A stretch of DNA of 64,000 nucleotides. It comes from Lama guanicoe. Lineage: Eukaryota. The notes under the pieces were generated by a model. That model worked only from the letters and a program-made list of their open reading frames with translations. It was not told where the DNA came from and did no database searches. The translations under genes and the position numbers were made by a program. The stretch is from positions 3,764,866 through 3,828,865 of the forward strand of contig MU053379.1 in NCBI GenBank assembly GCA_013239625.1, read 5' to 3'. Below are positions 58,693 to 64,000 of the stretch, in pieces (within the stretch, counting starts at the first letter, position 1; each line of letters opens with the position of its first letter).

Positions 58693-61644
58693 TGGGAACT
58701 ACATATTTGGTTTCATTCCCATTTTATTTTATTTTAAAATATATATTTTATATACTTTTTAATAAAATTTAAAATTATAATTTTGAATATAGTTAATATT
58801 TATTAAAAATATATAGGGGTTTTAAAAACACTATCTATAAACCAGTTTTGAGCAGGCCTTCCAGCATGTTTCATTTACCCATGGTATAAATTCTACTGCT
58901 TTAAGATTCTCTGGACATTACATATGCAGAAAAATGGAATTTTAAAAAAGATGAAAATAAACAAATTTTTAAAAAATGTCTTGTGAATCACGATGAGCCA
59001 GCACCCACACGCTGGGACTCTGCATTGAGTGGGCGATCTCTCTGTAACTAAACACCACTGGCCTTTGGCGTGTCAGGGGCTCTGGACTTTACCTTGAGTT
59101 TGCCCAGAGACGGTGTAGGGAGGAAGAGGAGCACCCCAGCCCTGCCTTCATCCTGCTCTTGGCTGTGCCTTCATTACTGGTGTTAACTTTGATCCATGGA
59201 TACTTTTCAGGAATTTGTTTTGAAGCCATCTAGCCAGTTTCCAAGAGTTCGTGTAGTTAAAACCAGATAATAGAATCCATAAATCCACTAAATTGGGCAC
59301 ATGTGAACTGCAATGCTGTAAGACACAGAAAATCAGCTCGGGAGCAAGGGCATCACCTCTGCCTCCGCCCTCCGGATCCTGCGAGGAGCCGAGGTGGCGC
59401 GTGGCCACTGGCCTCACCGACCACTTGGGGCACAGCTCCCCGAGCACATCAAGTAGGACGGAAGTCTGGTTTCTTACTCCTACAGAGAAAACGACGGGAA
59501 ACAGACATTCTCGTGTTCTCTTCCTTTTCCATGATCGGTTGCCTCATGCCCGTCCTGAAGATCACAGGAACAGTGGAGAGGATACGGGGCTGTGTGCAGT
59601 GTGGCTGAGCAGAGAGTCACGGATGGACGTGGCCCTTGGGGGCGACCAGGAGTGCGTGCGGCCGGGGAGCTGGGCAGAAAGGGACACTTCCTAAGCTGAT
59701 TAACCCAAGGAACACAGACGTGGTTTCAGTGACCAGAGCCAGACGCGCCGTGGTTAGCTACTCAGGCGAACCACCCTCTGTGACACGTCGGTGCCAAGCT
59801 GATACCACCTTCCTTGAGCACAGCCGTCGGAGAAAGGAGCTTCCTCCTCAACTTCTGTCCTTTTACTGCTAAAAATCGAAACTGCAGAGTTTCAGGCCAG
59901 AGAACTAGAGGTTAGTTGGTCCTAAGGTGTGGCTTCTGTTTGCCGCGAGAGGGATTCACTCTGAGATTTCAAAGACGGCTGCAGTTTCCACCGCCGTGTG
60001 AGGAGAGTGCAGGCTCGTGGACACTGTGTGTGGCGGTGATCACTGTTCGTTCAGAAACTTGGGGGCGATTTCTTTCCGAAGCTGAGACATGAGCATTGAG
60101 CGTTGACTGAGACAGTCACAGAAATAACGGAAACATGATTTTTATTAAACTTTAGATGAAAAAGAAATTAAGCTTTTTTTTTCCAGTCTCAGACCAGGAG
60201 AGGTCAAACTCACCATCTGAAGTTGGTTTGTGTGTTTTTTTCCCTTTCTTTTTCATTAAAAAAAAAAATCTCATTTAAAAACTGTGTGGGTCCTCAGAGC
60301 CCCCCATTCAATTAAATTTGCTTTACCAATTCCCCAAAACGGCATTTGCAGAAGCAAGAGCCATGGGACGTGGTACGTGTCTGCTGGCCTCCTAAGAGCT
60401 GTTTTGCAAACCAACTCTCGGTGGATGGACTGGACATTCTAGAGGGAGCTCCCTCTGATGTGCTCTGCCTCCCTGGGGCCCCGGCTGTGCTTTATAAACT
60501 TGTCAGCCCCGAGGCCTTGTTACAAGGAAGATGAAATGACGGTGACTGGAATTCCTCTTCCCGTAAATCACCCTTCGCCGCAGACGTCTCTGCGTTCATT
60601 AGGGGAGTAAAGGCAGCGCCTGAAGTGTGTTCTCGGGGTTTTTTAATAGGCTTTTTGATGAACTGGGGCTGCAGGGTTAGCACACAGGCCTGCAAGCCGA
60701 GGCCTCCTTTCCGCATCTTGAGCTTCCACTTTGTTGTCTTAGAAACGCCCAGGAAAATCAAAGAGTCTATAATAATTTATAGGCTGTGCCCTGCCTTCCT
60801 ACACCAGCCCTCGCCAGCGACCTCAGGAAGGGCACCGAGGTGAGGTCCGCTATTTCAAGGATGGCCCTGCAGTCACTGCCTAATTTACCAGCCGCTTCGA
60901 AGGTGCACACGGGATGGCGTGTTCCTTTTGTGTGTTAGAGAGGGGCTCTTCTGCCTCCTCCTCGGTCACCCGGGACAAGTTCAGATACACAGCCTTCCGG
61001 ACAGAGACTGCCCGGTCCGTGTTTAAAGCTCTATGTGCCCTGAGTGCTGGAGCCAGTTCCTTCTTACAATAAACAGTGTGTGAAAAGGACGTACGTATGG
61101 AGACATTTTCTCTCCCGCCAAGACAAGGCGATGGCTTAGCAGATGGACAGAGAACGTACGTGCCGGTTTGGAAGTTGGCACTGAAATGAATGATCTTTTT
61201 CCTTGATGGAAAACTAAACAGGCCCCGATGTCGCTGGGCAGCGGCTGGCCTCGGAGCCCAGGCCACCCATCCTGCCGCTGGCCCCGCGCCCCTGCCTGGC
61301 GTCCTCGGTGTCTCTAAACTCCTGGGTGAGCAGAGAGGAGTGATGTCAGGGGCCCAGACCTTTGGATGCAGATCTAAACGCAGAAACCAAAATCTTGCAG
61401 CATCAGCTTTCACAGCCACGGGACACAGAGCTGCTCTGCCCTTGTCAGAGCTGCTCCCGACCGGGCACAGAGGTGGGAAAGGTTTGTCATCGGGGCTTCT
61501 GCCACTTGCTCCTGCCCTCTCCACTCCTCAAAAGGATGCTCAGGGCTCCGCCGTGTTCCCTGCTGGCGAGGCTTGGAGCCTGGCTGCCCGCGGGATGGGA
61601 AATAGCATCACTGGACCCTTGGTTAGTCTGTGTAGACCTCGCCT

Positions 61645-61800
61645 CTTTTAATCTTCATAAATGCTCTCGTAGGGAATAACTGATATTATCCCACTTTACA
61701 GATGAGGAAACCGAGGCCTTGAGAAGTTCAGCAGTTCATCTGCCCAGGACCACACAGCCAGGGGAGGCTGAGGCAGGAGATAGGCTCCAAGCTGGCTTCT
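61645..61800 (-). mobile_element. MIR
   Basis: 'tattatcccactttacagatgaggaaaccgaggccttgagaagttcagcagttcatctgcccaggaccacacagcca'. Confidence 0.85.
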
Positions 61801-61969
61801 CTCTGTACCCGGAGCTCTCCATCACAAAGGCACATGGCGTTCAGATGGGTGTGTGGTCTAGAGAGTTCTCCCACCTGCCCACTCTCAGTGTCTCTGTTCT
61901 GTGCACTGTGCAGTGGTGAGCAGGTTGGCCCGGGGATCACATCACATGATTATAAACTGTGAGCTCATT

Positions 61970-62115
61970 GCTTTCAGACCTCGGACAAGTGACTTGTCCT
62001 CCGTGGGTCTCTGCTGCTGTGTAGAAGACAAGGGTAGTGAGGGTGCTGGCTCCTGGGGTTGTTGGGGGTTAATGATGTGAAGAGCCTGAAAGCAGTCAGA
62101 GCTTAATAAATGTGA
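61970..62115 (+). mobile_element. MIR fragment
   Basis: 'gacctcggacaagtgacttgtcctc...ggggttgttgggggttaatgatgtgaagagcctg...gcttaataaatg'. Confidence 0.6.
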
Positions 62116-62559
62116 ACGAGTCCTGTTTGTATAATCCGACCGTTAACCCTACTGTGTTCTAGGTGGGACCGAGGACAGTGGTAACAGCCGGGACTTCGCT
62201 CCACCCGAGTCAGTCCCACAGAAAGCCAAACCAAGCCACGCAGCCCGTTATGGCCTCTCTGTGCATCACTTCCGCCAACATCCCAGGGGCCAAGTCCAGT
62301 CACGTGGCCAGTCCCAACCCTGATGGGGGCAGGAAGGCGCTCTGGCCACCAAGTCCCACGGCAGAAGGACGAAAACGGAACCACCTGCACAAAGGGTGCC
62401 GCCTTCTCTAGGCCTCACAGCTGCGCCCCGAGGGGTGTGATGCTGGGGAGACGTCACCATCCCCACGAGGGGGTAACTTTCCAGATGAAAAGCAAGAGGC
62501 TTGGGGGAAATTCCGTGGTTCCCAGCGTCGCAGATGCCGGGCTGGTCCTTGCATCCAGG

Positions 62560-63020
62560 TTGGTCCCGCTTCACCCGGCTGCTCGGTGGCTCGCACGCTG
62601 TGGAGGAGCTGCGTGCTGAGGCTCTGGCCTCCCTGACCCCCGGTTACCGCGAGCCCGCCCGGAGCGCGTCTGCTCCCCGCCCCCCCACGTGGGGGGGCGT
62701 CTCGCTGTGACGCCGCCTCCTTTCCGGACGGACAGGCCCCTCCGCCGTCCCTGACGCAGCCGCGGGCCGTTGTGGGGCCGTGCCCGGCGGGGCGCCTCGC
62801 TTTCCCCCCTGGGGATGGCGGCAACGCCTCTTCCCCCTCTTCCGCCGCGCGGCGGTTCTCCTGCATTTCGAATAGTGCGGTAAGGGCCGCGGGTTCGGCA
62901 GGAGAGCTGCGGGCTCTGGCAGGCGGTGCCGCGTGCGTTCGCCGCGCGCTGTGAGACGGCGCCCTGGCGGGCGGGAGAGAAGAGTGGCAGCGCCTGCCAC
63001 CAGCACCCCCGGAGGACCGG
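62560..63020. other. CpG-island-like patch next to the LTR
   Basis: Dense CpG; no exon recognised. Confidence 0.55.
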
Positions 63021-63827
63021 GAGGGGAAGTAAGAGCCAGCTAGCGGCTTACTCAGATCTGAAGTCCCCAGGCCAGGACCACACCTAGTACCGTATCACAT
63101 CCGACAGATGCTCTAAAGCAACTGTCCGGCACGTGATGTGCAGCTGTGGGGACGTGGAAGCAAAAACGTGGTCCAGTCCCAACGGACATCCACTCTGCTC
63201 GCGTGCTCTGTTCCTAAGCACTCGGTTAATTAGCAGACGGCTCTGCTAACAGCTCAGGGCAGGGGATAGCTTCCTCATGAGGCGAGAAGCCCCACAAAAA
63301 GACCGGCAGAACCCCTAAGCAGGGCTGCTGCTCTCCTCCCAGCACCGTCCAGTTCCCGGACCAGGAAGCTTTATCTCACTTTTTGCCTCTAAAGTGGCTA
63401 ACTTACTCCTAAAATTCTATTGGTTCCCTGGGCTCACTTCTGATTGGTTATTTCCTTCACTCCTGATTGGACATTACTCTCACTTCTGATTGGTCCATTT
63501 CCCTAACTTCTGATTGGTCCATTTGTAGTACTTCATTTGCATGGAGCTCACTCCTGATTGGCTATTTCTCTCATTCCTGATTGGTCTATTTCTACAAAGC
63601 TTGTTCCTGGTTGGTCAACTTCTGTTATACTTTATTTGCATATGATGTTGCAAAGTGTAAAACGGGCAGCCTATAAAAGGCCTGTGTAAAGCTGCAGCTT
63701 GGGTCCTGAGCTTTAAATGTTAATTTCTGCGGGCCTGGTGAAGTAATAAACTTGAGTTGTCTAGTTCACCGAGTGCTGCTTGGTCTTTCTCTGGGATTCA
63801 GATTGCTGTCACAGCTGAGCTGTGACA
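62950..63827 (+). mobile_element. ERV1-type LTR, probably solo (5' boundary uncertain)
   Basis: Seven ATTGG boxes (63419-63584), two ATTTGCAT octamers (63535, 63634), TATAAAA (63672), AATAAA (63745), terminal 'agctgtgaca' (63827); no primer-binding site recognised after it; TSD not identified. Confidence 0.8.
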
Positions 63828-64000
63828 CTGAGGTTTAACGCATTTTTCCACAGCACTCAGAGGAAAGATGCTGTGAGGATGGCTAGGGTGGGTCAGAGGG
63901 CTAAATCCGTGACAACGAACGAAAGTGTAACATGTCCTTTTCAGTATGAAGACATGGTCCAGGCACAAGGATATTGGACCTGGTTTGGGAGGAATATGCT

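Noticed and set aside
58721..58815. Very AT-rich stretch
   Set aside because: Low-complexity sequence with no clear periodicity or element identity
1..64000. Assignment to a named human orthologous locus
   Set aside because: No recognisable exon to anchor it; needs BLAT/liftOver of the unique blocks such as 15.0-15.3, 18.9-19.3 and 22.3-22.6 kb

Overview
This is mammalian non-coding genomic DNA, most likely camelid. That call is inferred from a short tRNA-derived Vic-1-like SINE at ~17.5 kb and three cetartiodactyl-type L1 3' ends. I recognise no protein-coding gene, functional RNA gene or CRISPR/prokaryotic feature. The ORF track is explained by GC-rich sequence, simple repeats and repeat fragments; only the L1 ORF2 C-terminus at 38.2 kb is a real protein remnant. 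The window is a mosaic of old repeats (MIR, L2, L1M, MLT1/MLT2, LTR16, MER5A, MER3), several CpG-island-like patches, repeat-free AT-rich blocks that look like enhancers, a 135-N assembly gap and an ERV1-type LTR at the right end. The strongest unusual signal is local A/T-to-G/C rewriting of transposon remnants. An MLT1 LTR at 48.3 kb appears to have become a CpG island, and two related L1 3' ends 2 kb apart differ at 22 of 83 aligned sites, 19 of them weak-to-strong in one direction. This fits intense, patchy GC-biased gene conversion, a known process; I found no evidence for a new gene system. Repeat family names come from recalled consensus sequences and boundaries are approximate, so both need RepeatMasker/Dfam confirmation.
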